64,000 nt of DNA from Scyliorhinus canicula (Eukaryota), in the NCBI RefSeq assembly GCF_902713615.1, contig NC_052163.1, positions 37,210,248 through 37,274,247 of the forward strand. Direction: 5' to 3'. This document shows, piece by piece, positions 35,301-46,614 of the stretch. Position 1 is the first letter of the stretch; each line of letters begins with the position of its first letter. The notes beneath the pieces are model-generated. The model ran no database searches and was not told where the DNA came from. It saw nothing but the letters and a program-made list of their open reading frames with translations. The position numbers were made by a program, and so were the translations under genes.

Positions 35301-36804
35301 TCTTTTCCCACACCCTCCATGCCTCTAAAATTCGGCACTCCTCCATTGAAAAGGAGGCCCAAGCCATCGTTGAAGCTGTGTGGCATTGGAGGCATTACCT
35401 GGCCGGCAGGAGATTCACTCCCCTCACTGACCAATGGTCGGTTGCCTTCATGTTTAACACACAGCGGGGCAAGATCAAAAAGGATAAAACCTTGAGGTGG
35501 AGGATCGAGCTCTCCACCTACAACTACAAGATTTTGTATCACTCCAGTAAGCTCAATGAGCCCACCGATGCCCTATCCCAAGGTACATGTGCCAGCGCAC
35601 AAGTAGACCGACTCCGGACCCTGCACGCCAATCTCTGTCACCCAGGGGTCACCAGTTTTTACCATTTCATCAAGGCCTGCAATCTGCCCTACTCCATCGA
35701 GGAAGTCAGGGCAATCACAAGAGACTGCCAAGTCTGCGCTGAGTGTAAACCGCACTTCTACCGGCCAGACCGTGCACGCCTGGTGAAGGCCTCCCGCCCC
35801 TTTGAATGCCTCAGCGTGGACCTCAAAGGGCCCCTCCCATCCACCGACTGGAATACGTACTTTCTCAGTGTGGTCGATGAATATTCCCGATCCCTTTGCC
35901 GTCCAATGTCCCAACATGACATCTGCCACCATCATCAAAGCCCTCAACACCATCTTCACTCTGTTCGGTTTCCCCTCCTACGTCCACAGCGACAAGGGAT
36001 CCTCATTTATGAGCGAAGAGCTGCGCCAGTACCTGCTCAACAGGGGCATTGCCTCGAGCAGGACGACCAGCTACAACCCCCGGGGAAACGGGCAGGTGGA
36101 GCAGGAGAATGGGACGGTCTGGAGGGCCGTCCAGCTGGCCCTACGGTCCAGAAATCTCCCGGCCTCCCGTTGGCAGGAGGTCCTCCCCGATGCACTTCAT
36201 TCCATTTGGTCGCTCCTGTGCACCGCGACTAATAAAACCCCCCATGAACGTCTCTTTGCCTTCGCTAGAAAGTTCACCTCTGGGGTTTCGCTCCCAACAT
36301 GGCTGGCAGCTCCAGGACCCATTCTGCTCTGTAAACACGTGCGACTCCACAAGGCGGACCCATTGTTCGAGAGGGTACAGCCAACCTGCAGTACGTTTAC
36401 ATAGCGTACCCCGACGGCCGCCAAGACACAGTCTCACTCAGGGACCTGGCACCAGCTGGTTCCACACACACACACACACACCCTCTGCCCTGGCGCCACC
36501 CTCCCTTCCCCCGGCGCACCCCACCGCAGCCCCCTCTCCGGGACAATCCGTCCTCCCCTTGCTCCTACCCGGGGATGAAAAGGATTTTGACATGTTCCCG
36601 GAGTCACCAAAGACCAACCTGCCACCTGAGTTGCCACCAGCACTGCGGCGCTCTCGATGGCAGATAAAGGCACCAGACCGCCTGAATTTGTAATATTATC
36701 TGTAATTTTAAACACAACTTTCTGTATATAATTCTCCACATCCCCGCTGGGCTCATTTTTTAACAGGGGGTGAATGTAGTAGTCACCACTGATGTATGTA
36801 CTGT

Positions 36805-36841
<37 letters not shown>

Positions 36842-39800
36842 CTCCCCGTACAGCAGCCATTTCATCAGCTGCTGTAGGCCACACATCTCAGTGTAATAAA
36901 GCCTCGATTACATTCTACTCTCGTCTTCTCGCAATTGATAGTGATATCTCGTAACATCAGCCTTTTAATGTGCATGCATGATATGCTAATGGTGGCAAAA
37001 AAGCTTCCTGATATTGTTTGTCAGGAAGCTGGAGCAACCTTGAAGATCCTGAAAACATCATTGCTAATGTTCATCCCATTGTCAGAGAACTGATCAAATG
37101 ATTTCTGGCATCACACCAAATTAATTCCCCCGCCCACCAAGCTTCCTGATGCAGGAGGGACCAAAGATTCCACCCACAACCTCCAGCACTAATACAGCAA
37201 TTTGTCAGGAAGGAAGTTTAGAAAAGAGAACAATCATGCTGATGGAGTTGTTTAGGGGCAAATCATCACAATTGGAGGAATTTCCATTTGTTTTGAATTC
37301 TTGGCATATGTAACATAGGATAGACAGTAAAATGCCACATGCCCTCCTGTATTCAATTTTTATCGACATAAATATTGCTGTCAGGTGGTAGCTTTTCTTT
37401 AGTAAATTGTCAGACCAATATTTGAAACATGGAACATACCTGACACAAGCAACACGGTTCCTTGTCCATATTTATCTGATAATGGAGGTCGTATTCCAAA
37501 GACACAGTAGTAAATATCGGTGTCACTTTCCTGGAGATTCTTGAGGGTTATGGTGAAGTTTTTTACGTTTCCTTTAAACTCAGTGCGATTGATATCGAGT
37601 ATTGTATTGCCCGATTGGTGGATGTAGATCAGATCAATGGGATTTGAAAGGTTTCTTTTTAAATAAACACCCACAATGGAATGTTGTGTAGATGAAAATT
37701 CACAGTTTATTGAAACAGATTCTCCCTCTTTCACTTGTTTAATAAAAGGAGACTGGAAAAGCGTGATATCTGTAAAGTACACAATTACAAATATGGTCAG
37801 AACAGTCAGAAAAATCCAATTAGATAAATTATCAAACAAATCTTTTCCTTTGTCTAAATTATGTCACAATCATTACATTTCATCATTCATAATCATTATA
37901 TTTCATGGTTTATATTAATATTTAAAACTGTTTTTATAGTTTTAGAGAGATTAAATCGGCACGGATGAGGTAATTCAAATATTTTACTTTAGAAACTGCC
38001 AAAGCAACTCAAGTGGAGGCTGTTCAAATTGTGACTTGTGTTTCGTTGATGAGGCCTGAATTAGAAAGGAGAAAGCATAAGCAATGGATGGACCATGTCT
38101 GAACTTGAGGCAGAGCTATGAGTTCACCACTAAGCTCAATATAAGATTTAGATGACCTGTGCAATTCCCGGATGACAAATGAAAAAACAAAAGGGTCATG
38201 AACTCCATTAGACAGATGGACGGATGGAGAGAGGGAGGGAACGAGGGAGGTATGGAGGGAGCGAGGGAGGGATGGATGGATGGACAGTGACGTCCACATG
38301 TGAGCTGCAGCGTCCAGTGTCCACAAGTGCGAGGTGCTTAAGGAATGGTCCAGCAGCATGTATCTAGAAGCTGGTGGAAGTACTCACAAGGAGCTCCTAC
38401 CTTTGAGAACACTGAGCACATTGAGAAGAATCAAAGATAATTCTTGGGAGCTGTGGCACTATCCTTTGGTTCCAGAAACTGAAGAACCTTCAAGAGCCTG
38501 ATAAGTACTCAAAAATGTTCTTGGGGGTGGGGGTTGTCAAGGCCTAAGGGGAAAAGTTCAGTCGGGGATTGCTGTTTTAAACTCTAACAGTCTTTGAAGT
38601 AAGGAAGAAGACTATCAATGGGCCAAGGAAAAGTCTCCCTGGTTCACTGATCCAGCTCTGGTGGAGCCCTTTGCCCAGGAGGTTAAAAGGAGGAAAGAGT
38701 TTCTATAGGAGGCTAGGTGTCTCTGCGTATAAACTGTGTAAAAAAATGGGATCAGGAACACAGGGAGGTAAATTCCTGGATTCTGGCTGAAGTGGAAGAA
38801 AAATTAATTCATCTCAAAAGTGGTCAAAGTCAGTAATGCACCTTCTAATGACATTGCCTATCCTTCATATCTTGAATACCTCATGCATTCAAAAATGAGG
38901 AATTAGGGCTTTGCTCCCCTACCTCTCACACACGTGCCACTGTTCCAAGCCTCATGGACCGTGTACATACCTCCAGCTGACACCCTTCTCTTCTCTCTCT
39001 CTCTTGCACAAAATGGAGGAGCAGATAACTAGCCAGGACCAGGCACCTGCATCTCCTGAGTCCTTTGGAGGAGATGATTCGTAAGATTATGAGGCTCCAG
39101 TGATGGAGGCTGATGCATCCACCATCAATGAGCACATTCAGAATGATGATATGTTCCTTCCTTATGCACTTTTAAAAAATTCTATTTCACCCACATCCTG
39201 CTATCTGGCACAAAGAACAAACTATTGATGGTGTGAGCATGAAGTCCTTGTACTCCACGCAACCCTGACCCTCACCCCAGCTCTCCATTTCAGATACTGA
39301 ATAACTGCTGCCTAGCCACTAGTGTAGCCTGTTAGATTTGGAAAAGTGGAGAAGGGTCAAACATTTTCATTGGCTCTTTTCATTGGCTTTCAATAAGGAT
39401 CTACATGAAGGCAGCTGGGAGAGAAAGTCTACTCATCCTTCCCTTAAGGAGTCAGCCAAGCTCATCTCGCCTTACAGACACGAGAGAACAAGTTATATAA
39501 CTTTTTAGACCGTATTGATCACTCCTCTTTACTCCTCCCACTATTCTGTCAGAAAACCATGAATAATTCCTCAGAGTGTTCATAGCAGATAAGGCAGCTA
39601 GTCTTGGTAATGTCTGGTTTGCATGTATTGTCCAAGATGAATTGACAGTCTGTTCTGTTCTGATTAATACAAAATGGAGGAAAACAAAAATTCTGAGTCC
39701 TTCACGCCTTGCCATGAAGATTGCTATCAAGACTGGGCAGCACGGTAGCACTGTGGTTAGCACAGTTGCTTCACAGCTCCAGTGTCCCAGGTTCGATTCC

Positions 39801-41731
39801 CGGCTTGGATCACTGTCTGTGCGGAGTTTGCACGTTCTCCCTGTGTGTGCGTGGGTTTCCTCCGGGTGCTCCGGTTTCCTCCCACAGTTTAAAGATGTGC
39901 AGATTAGGTGGATTGGCCATGCTAAATTGCCCTTAGTGTCCAAACAAAAAGATTCACTGGGGTTTCTGGGTTACGGGGATAGGGTGGAGGTGTGGGTTTA
40001 AGTAGGGTGTTCTTTCCAAGAGCCGGTGTATACTCGATGGGCCGAATGGCCTCCTTCTCCACTGGAAATTCTATGATTCTATGATAAGAGCAGGTGTCTG
40101 CTGAAGAAGCAGCGTCACATGATCTGGAAAGTACAGCCAACAACTCAGAGATTGGCCAGATGTACTTTAGAGGATGAGATGAAATCAGCTTGTGGTAAGT
40201 TGCCAGTGGGTGGAGTCATGCCAGGCAGAAATGATCAGGTGTGCCAGTTTCCCCGAGGATTAGGTTAAAGATGGGTTCTGCTCCAATATGCTCGGTTGAG
40301 ATTTCATTGGGGCAGCAGACAATAGAAACTGATGGGGAGGCACTGGTTGGTCTACCAGTGAGCCTCTTATCACTGTCTAAGAGCATAGAAGAGCTTGGTT
40401 CCAATATGGCACTGGGAGGGAGCGGATATTTAGGCAGCAGGAGGCTACTGGCAGGGACATACAGGGACTGGCAATTAGTAGCATGGTGAGGGACAGGGAC
40501 AAATGGGCAAACTGGGTTAGGGGAGCAATCCTGCTCCTCCAGACCTTGCACGAAAAGCAGAAAAGACATCAAACATACTAAAAGTTACTTGTCCAGCATT
40601 TTCTGGTCCACAAACTAGTTGCAGGATATGACAATATTGCGCCAGAATTTATGGAACACCTGGGGCCCTAAGCTCTTGCCTGGTTGACCCAATTTCAAAT
40701 GATGGTCATAAATTCCACCATCATTCCAAAGAAAGGGCAGACAGCCAAAGTCATGGTTATTCCAGAACCTGGAAAAGACTCCATACTTGTAGCTAGCTAT
40801 CGCTATCTCTCTCCTGTCGGTTCCATGTAAAATCCTTGAATGCCTTATCCTTCAGCACATATTCCCAATCGTAGAAGAAGTCCTTAGCTTCAACCAAGCT
40901 TGGTTTCTAAAATGCCGTAGCACAGGGGAGCAGGTGCTGGCCCTTACCACCTACATTGAAAACAGCTTTCAGAAAAACCTGAAGACAGGTACCTGTGTTC
41001 CTCGACCTTACAGCTTACTATGACACCTCCTGAAGCTCTCACACGCCTTCCATCCCCCTGAATGACTAAAAGCATTGGAACACTGTTGAACAATCAAAGG
41101 TTCAGAGTTCACCCTGGACAGGCAAAAAAAGTACATGGAAAAGCAAATCAATGGACTCCGCCAAAGCTCAGTACTGGCTTCAACTCTGTTCGACTTGTAC
41201 ACAAATTATCTTCCAAAAGCTATCTCCTGAAAATTCATATATGCCGGTGATATCTGCCTCGCAACTCAAGGCCCCCAACTTCGACACCTTGGACCAGACC
41301 ATAAATGAGGACTTGTCAAAACTTGAACAATGCTGCAATACAATGATGACTCAAGCCAAGCCCTGCAGCAACAGTATTCAGCTTATTCCATCTTTACAGT
41401 GCAAAAAACAAATGAATGTTTGTACTCAGTGGTCGAATACTGCACCCCTGTTTGGTCAAGATCATCACACACACAGAGTTGACACCTAGCTGAATGCTAC
41501 CATGCGTATCATTACTGTTTCACTCTGCTCAGCACCAACTCCATATAAAAGCAAATTACTGCGGATGCTGGAATCTCAAACGAAAGAGAAAATGCTGGAA
41601 AATCTCAGCAAGTCTGGCAGCATCTGCAGGGAGAGAAAAGAGCTAACGTTTCGAGTCCAATGACTCTTTGTCAAAGCTCCATATGTCCACCGACTTACTC
41701 AACCCACAAAATGATAGAAAAAGTTTGCAAT

Positions 41732-41763
<32 letters not shown>

Positions 41764-44700
41764 ACCTGACACAATGCCGATCTATTCAGCTCACCCAAGT
41801 TATGACCCCCATCAAGAAGGCTGACCTGGAAAAACCCTCCCACACGGGATTTCAATGCAAATTCTATCTGGACAAATTAATGGGAATTATTGGACATGAC
41901 AAACAAGTACCTGGTCTCAAACCCGACCCAACAGCTGCCTGGTTTCAACCTTCCAAGGAAAGCGCAGTCAACACTTAATAGGCTCAGGACCGGCCACGGC
42001 CCCTGCTTGGCCAACCTCCACAAATGGGGCATCAGTACCAGCCCTCAATATGCCTTTGGGAGACAGTAAACTGTGCAGTACATCATCGAAGAATGTCCAA
42101 TCCTCAGCGGAGGCCAATCCACATTCAAAACAGCAGCACTGGGAGAGACTGCTTGGCTGGGGCATTTGCATTCACTAAATAAATAAATCTAGTTGCCAAC
42201 AGATTTGGGTTATTGGGTTAGTCCAAGAGACAAATTGGGATCCAACAACGAGGTTAGAACCTGATCTGCATATTCAAAATGTCCGACTTGGGGCAATTAG
42301 GGATTTTCAATAATTGCTAACATTGTCAGTGATATCTTCCCACAAAAGTTACTTTCAAAAGTCCATTTAAGTTTCTGCTGTCTGACCACACTCAGCTCAT
42401 GTACCTTCTCAATCTAAGGTGGCAGTGCAGACATTCAATTCACACACAGCTACCAATGGAGACACTCTCGGCAACCACGGGGAAGTATGAAAGTATAATC
42501 TTGTCAAGAGCCCCGGCACATCTCTTCAAGTAATATGGTTGTCGCATTTTTAAAAAATGTCAGCCAACAAGTACTCTAACTTTACGCTAAACCGCAGCGT
42601 GGTGGAAAAAATTATAAGAATCTGTACTTGATGCTGATTGTAAATGTAACACATTGTTAGTCATTTTAAGAGCTGAGTGCCACATGAACAAAAATAGTAT
42701 TAGGCGAACCCATGGTGGTTTTGATTTTCAAAAACACATTTGTGTGGAGCTGAGGAAACAATGCAATTTCTTTGTTTTAAAACAAAGGTTTCCTCACCTT
42801 TAGGATTACACGCTAAAGAAAACCTTGAAAAGGGGCAAAAAGGCACAGATGCACTGAAAAGCGTTTCGCGTTTTTCAAATTATACTCCACTTTTAGTATA
42901 ATCTGCACTCATTGTTTCAACTGAACTGACATTAGGTGAGGAAGATGTAAATCTGTTTTGCAAACTATGCCATTGTATTGTTTTTCATATACTTCCTGAA
43001 TTTTCTGATGCATTCGGATGTTGATTTAATTGTCAATTTACTGACAAATTCGGAAAGCTATATGGTCCATAAGCCTCATCATTGTGCTGGAGATAATTGT
43101 CAATCATTTAGTCATAGATATGTAAAGTACATTAGGATTTAAGAAAATACTCATTGAGTCATACATGATAGGGTGGAGCATAAGGGAGCCTGTCAGAAAG
43201 GCATGGGAAATTTTAATGTACTAACATAGATAACATAGAACAGTACAGCACAGAACAGGCCCTTCGGCCCTCGATGTTGTGCCGAGCAATGATCACCCTA
43301 CTTTAAACCCACGTAACCCGTATACCCGTAACCCAACAATCCCCCCATTAACCTTACACTACGGGCAATTTAGCATGGCCAATCCACCTAACCCGCACAT
43401 CTTTGGACTGTGGGAGGAAACCGGAGCACCCGGAGGAAACCCACGCACACACAGGGAGGACGTGCAGACTCCACACAGACAGTGACCCAGCCGGGAATCG
43501 AACCTGGGACCCTGGAGCTGTGAAGCATTGATGCTAACCACCATGCTACCGTGAGGCCCCTGGAACCTGAGAACCTGGAAAAGTCAGATGGGCAAAGGTA
43601 GCGTAGATGAGGAGCTCATTGAATATTTTCAGGATTGTTTCTTAGAACAGCATGTTCTGGAGCAATCAAAAGCAGCTATTCTAGCCTTCTATAAATATTA
43701 TAGCAGGCTATACTAGACCTGGTATTGTGCAACGAGCTGGGAGTATTTAATGATCTTAGAGGTAGCAGTGACCATAATATGATTAAATTTACATCCTGTT
43801 CGAGGGAGAGAGGAGTGGGTCTGAGAAAAAGTTTTTAAAGTTAATTCAGGGCAATTATGAGTGAAGGAAAGCAGAAATGGCCAAAGTGAATTTGCAAATT
43901 ATGTTCAGGGATTGGTCATTCGAAATTCAGTGGTAAACATTAAAGGGAAAATTCAGAATGCACAGAATGACACATTCCAATGTGTAAGAAAAAATCCAAA
44001 GGATGGACCATGGTTTACTAGAAAGTTTAAAGATAGTATCAAACTTAAAGAAAAAGCATAGAATTATGCAAAGACAGGTGGCATGTCGAAAGACTGGACA
44101 GAATATTAGGAACAGCAAAGGATGACCAAAAGATTAAGAGGGAAAATTAGAGTATAAGAAAAATATAACCAGAAATATAAAAACAGATGATAAGAATTTT
44201 TATAAATATTTAACAAAGAAAAATGTTAATAAAATGATAATTGATCCTATAAAAAATAAGTCTGGAGAATTGATAAAGGAAAAAGTGGAGATGGCAGATG
44301 AACTGACAGATATTTCGCACCAGTCTTCGCTATAGACGATATAAGCAACATCTCAGAAGCAACTATAAACTAGGGAATGGAGGGGAGGGAGGAACTTGGG
44401 AAAATTAGACATGAGAGAAGTGGTAATGTGTAAACTATTGGAGCTGCAGACTGGCAAGAGCCCGGTCCTGATGGACTTCATCCTAGGGTGTTAAAAGAAG
44501 TGTCCAATGAGATAGTTGAGGCATTGTTTTTAATTTTCCAAAACTTTCTGTTTCTGGGAAAGTTCCATTAGATTTTAAGGTAGCAAAAATGGAGGGAGAC
44601 ACAGAACGGGAAACTACAGACTACTTGACATATGTTGTAGAGAAAATTCTAGAAGCTATTATTAAAGAAGTTATAGCAGGCCACTGAGCTACATCTAGGT

Positions 44701-46509
44701 TAACCAGGTAGAATCAACATGGTTTTGTGAAAGGGAAATAAGGTTTAACTAACTTATTGGAGTTCTTTGAGGAAGTAATATGTGTTGTGGATAAAGGGGG
44801 AATGTACGGTACACATATTACCAGAAGGCATTTAATAAAATGCCACATTAAAGGTTATTGCAGAATATAACAGCTCATGGTATGGTGGTGAAATATTCGC
44901 ATGGATTGACAATTGACAAGCTAATAGGAAGCAGAGATTCGACATAAATAGGTCTTTTTCAGGTTGGTAAGATTTGAGCCACAGGGATCAGTGCTGGGAC
45001 CCCAATCTTTTACAATTTAAAAAAATTACTTGGATAAAGGGATTGAAGGGATGGTTGCTAAATTTGCTGATGACACACAGATAGGTGGGGAAACAGGTTG
45101 TGAAGAGGACATAAGGAGGCTACAGAAAAAAAATAGATAGGCTAAGTGACTGGGCAAATATCAGGCAAATGGAGCATAATGTGGGGAACTATGAAATTGT
45201 CAACTGGCCTTATTAAATGGCCAAGCATGGTCGAGGGGCTGAATGCCCTACTCCTGCTCCTTGTTCATATATATGTTTGCATTTATGTGTCAAAGAAATT
45301 TGTGAAGCTAATTTTGACGAGAATTATCAATAAATCTATAAGAATGCACATATGTGCATTTGTATTTTCCAAAAACTATCATAAGGGGATCAAAATAGTT
45401 TTGAAAATATTTTTGAAATTAAATATTGAAAACAAAAAAGTTTGAATCAACATTATTGAACAGTTTTAATCAGGAAGTATCAGTTTGAAGAAGATGAGCT
45501 GGCTATTAATAGCTCTGTTCCTTTCAGTTACAACATTCGTGTTGTGGTGCATTGCAGTTTTGAAATGATGGAAAAGTGTCTTCTATTTTAAGTTATGAAA
45601 GCTGGCAGTTTTCAATTTTGGTCAGCTAAGAGTTCCTACCAGGTTTGTTGAAGCAAGTCTATGTTTAAGCTTCTGAGTTACACACAGAGATTTTAATATG
45701 CTCAGTGCTGTTCTCGAAAGATCTGCAATTATATATTTCACTTTTTGTTTGTGAATTAGAATTAATTCAATGCTAAAATATTTTGATTTCATGATTCTAT
45801 CTTCAATGAAAATTACGCTAAAGTTATCACATTGCCACATAGTAAAACAACCGCTTCCATTTCTCTAAAATCATTCTAACATAGAAACACTAAAAAATTC
45901 ATGAACAGCTTCTTCCCCGCTGTTACCAGCCTCCTAAACAACCTCATATGGGCTGATATGATCTCTTCACACATCTTCCCTACTGAGTGGTACTACAGTC
46001 CTGTATGCTTCACCCGATGCCTGTGTTTATGTATTTACATTGTGTATTTTATGTTTGCCCTATTAATGTTTTTTTTCATGTACGGAATGATCTGGCTGTA
46101 CGCAGAACAATACTTTTCACTGTACCTCGGTACAGGTGACAATAAACAAATCTAATCCAATCCAATCCAATGCCATGTCAAAGAGCAAAGATGAGGAGGA
46201 ACGACGAAGAACTTAAAGAGACAAGTTTTAAGGAGAGTTTTAAAATTCAAGTGAGAAGTGGAGGGAGTAATTTTTAGAGGAGACTTTCAAAGGCAAATTA
46301 AATATGTAAAATAGCTTTAGTTTCATGTAATTTATGAAACGGATCTTGAGGATTTTCTTTGTGCTGAAGAAACACGGCATTTGAATTAACATAGCACAAT
46401 TCTTAAACATTTGAAAGATTTCACAGGAAATACTTTTCCTACCTTCCTTTCCTTCTGAAATCATTAAGAAGAAAAGAATCTGAAGTACGTGGACTGTTTG
46501 GACAGCCAT
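23225..46509 (-). CDS. CD7: CD7-like Ig V-set type I membrane receptor, spliced CDS join(46509-46443,37769-37440,27204-27062,23332-23225), 215 aa
   Basis: Four exons with GT-AG sites in phases 1/1/0 give one open frame: MAVQTVHVLQILFFLMISEGKE-DITLFQSP...YGQGTVLLVS-ESNMKSCADGC...IVLLFWR-TRKVCRRKKSQPNRARAPNSVYEDMNLVRTQSMGR*. GVYLKR (no C-strand Trp), DLIY, LQESDTDIYYC, YGQGT and VYEDM match hallmark CD7 motifs; human CD7 also has 4 exons. Confidence 0.85.
23850..26440 (+). mobile_element. CR1-type LINE (APE + RT, decayed) spanning CD7 intron 3, with inserted MITE and short repeats
   Basis: LLGLYYRPPNS...IVGDFN (APE); SGVPQSSVLGP...YINDL...KFADD (RT). Confidence 0.88.
24501..24780. mobile_element. 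GC-rich Harbinger-type MITE fragment
   Basis: Starts gggtgggattctcc, similar to the termini of other copies; interrupts the CR1. Confidence 0.55.
26500..26697. mobile_element. Palindromic MITE
   Basis: Inverted arms 26551-26574 / 26657-26680 and a perfect 18-bp palindrome caatgggaattcccattg (26591-26608); related copies at ~30880-31060 and ~52630-52800. Confidence 0.65.
27062..27204 (-). CDS. CD7: CD7-like exon 3 (Cys-containing stalk + transmembrane helix)
   Basis: Acceptor tatcttttcag|AGTCC, donor TGGCGT|gtaagt; 143 nt, phase 1-0; TM IVIGVIVSAIVAILCAIVLLFW. Confidence 0.88.
28095..28337. mobile_element. GC-rich Harbinger-type MITE
   Basis: Ends ggagaatcccgccc, the complement of the GGGCGGGATTCTC terminus; internal repeated cacgccg motifs. 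Confidence 0.6.
29330..31900 (-). mobile_element. L1-clade LINE, 5' half (ORF1 + APE), decayed
   Basis: Minus strand: ORF1 LEDLENRSKRLNLRI...YQDIGTELAK...GVVYPARL; APE GGQYMMVAGTL...LVNAYASNWDD; VSPSILWEVLKVVIRGEIISY; SINE and MITE inserted. Confidence 0.78.
30000..30230 (+). mobile_element. tRNA-derived SINE inside the L1
   Basis: ggcgcagtggttagcactgggactgcggc...gggtttgaatccc...cacccccacaacccaaagat. Confidence 0.8.
32353..32480 (+). mobile_element. Internally deleted tRNA-derived SINE
   Basis: gggcagcatggtggcgcagtgg joined directly to cacaacccaaagatgtgc. Confidence 0.7.
32499..36946 (+). mobile_element. Gypsy LTR retrotransposon B in CD7 intron 2 (antisense to the gene)
   Basis: 5' LTR 32499-32734; 3' LTR 36775-~36946 with an internal deletion and (TA)n; PPT agggggtgaa; same domain order as element A; no TSD recognised. 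Confidence 0.93.
32759..36690 (+). pseudogene. gag-pol of element B
   Basis: MDLHIKPDCL; CYFCGQSKHPRQRC/CKACGKKGHFAAVC; LLDSRS; YLDN; IEKEAQAI; DLKGP, HSDKG; many frameshifts. Confidence 0.9.
37440..37769 (-). CDS. CD7: CD7-like exon 2 (Ig V domain with J-like G strand)
   Basis: Acceptor tactttacag|ATATC, donor TCAG|gtatgt; 330 nt, phase 1-1; Cys pair SINC...IYYC; GQGT motif. Confidence 0.92.
39735..40085 (+). mobile_element. Full-length tRNA-derived SINE
   Basis: gggcagcacggtagcactgtggttagc; B box ggttcgattccc; CR1-like tail (ctatgatt)n. Confidence 0.9.
41547..41676 (-). mobile_element. 130-bp Penelope terminal-repeat insertion with 8-bp TSD
   Basis: Same sequence family as 17941-18074; CTCCATAT at 41539-41546 and 41677-41684. 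Confidence 0.85.
41640..41679 (-). ncRNA. Type I hammerhead ribozyme motif (U3-A8 compensatory variant)
   Basis: GAGCU UUGACAA A GAGUC auug GACUC GAAA CG UU|AGCUC: stems I and II perfectly paired, GUU cleavage triplet, minimal stem III. Confidence 0.7.
43224..43558 (-). mobile_element. Full-length young tRNA-derived SINE
   Basis: Reverse complement cacggtagcatggtggttagc...ggttcgattcccggctggg...(ctatgtt)n. Confidence 0.9.
43565..45275 (+). mobile_element. CR1-type LINE, decayed with internal deletions
   Basis: GPDGLHPRVLKE, QHGFVKG, LLEFFEEV, GSVLGP, KFADDTQ motifs; CR1 3' UTR. Confidence 0.85.
45897..46170 (+). mobile_element. Rex1/Babar-type LINE 3' end
   Basis: FMNSFFPAVTSLLN; gtgacaataaac followed by an (ATCCA)n tail. 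Confidence 0.7.
46443..46509 (-). CDS. CD7: CD7-like exon 1 (signal peptide)
   Basis: ATG at 46509; hydrophobic MAVQTVHVLQILFFLMISEGKE; ends GAA G|gtagga in phase 1, which joins the V exon as Asp. Confidence 0.78.
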
Positions 46510-46552
46510 TCTTAATGTCCACAATTCACTCTGTCAACACATTGTGCAAAAC

Positions 46553-46614
46553 ACTTCCAGATATATAAACTTCCGCTTCGAGTGTCAGTCCAGCCCACAC
46601 AGAAGAAAACCACA
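46553..46614 (-). promoter_or_regulatory. Putative CD7 proximal promoter (ETS x2, TATA-like, RUNX)
   Basis: Minus strand reads TGTGGTT (46614-46608) ... CGGAAGT (46575-46569) TTATATAT CTGGAAGT (to 46553), about 45-105 nt upstream of the ATG; motif match only. Confidence 0.4.

Larger units (their letters stand above)
40621..42188 (+). mobile_element. Ingi/Vingi-like LINE, 5'-truncated and decayed
   Basis: GYDNIAPEF...QVLALTTYIENSFQKNLKTG.VFLDLTA; C-terminal STLNRLRTGHGPC...EECP; (TAAA)n tail; clade assignment is by motif recall. Confidence 0.68.

Noticed and set aside
39735-39810. tRNA-like A/B boxes (also at 7657, 30000, 43480-43558, 59446)
   Set aside because: SINE heads; they run into SINE body and LINE-like tails and form no complete cloverleaf
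42790-42870. Alternative CD7 leader exon ending AAAG|gtgagg
   Set aside because: No in-frame ATG or hydrophobic core; the 46509 exon fits far better
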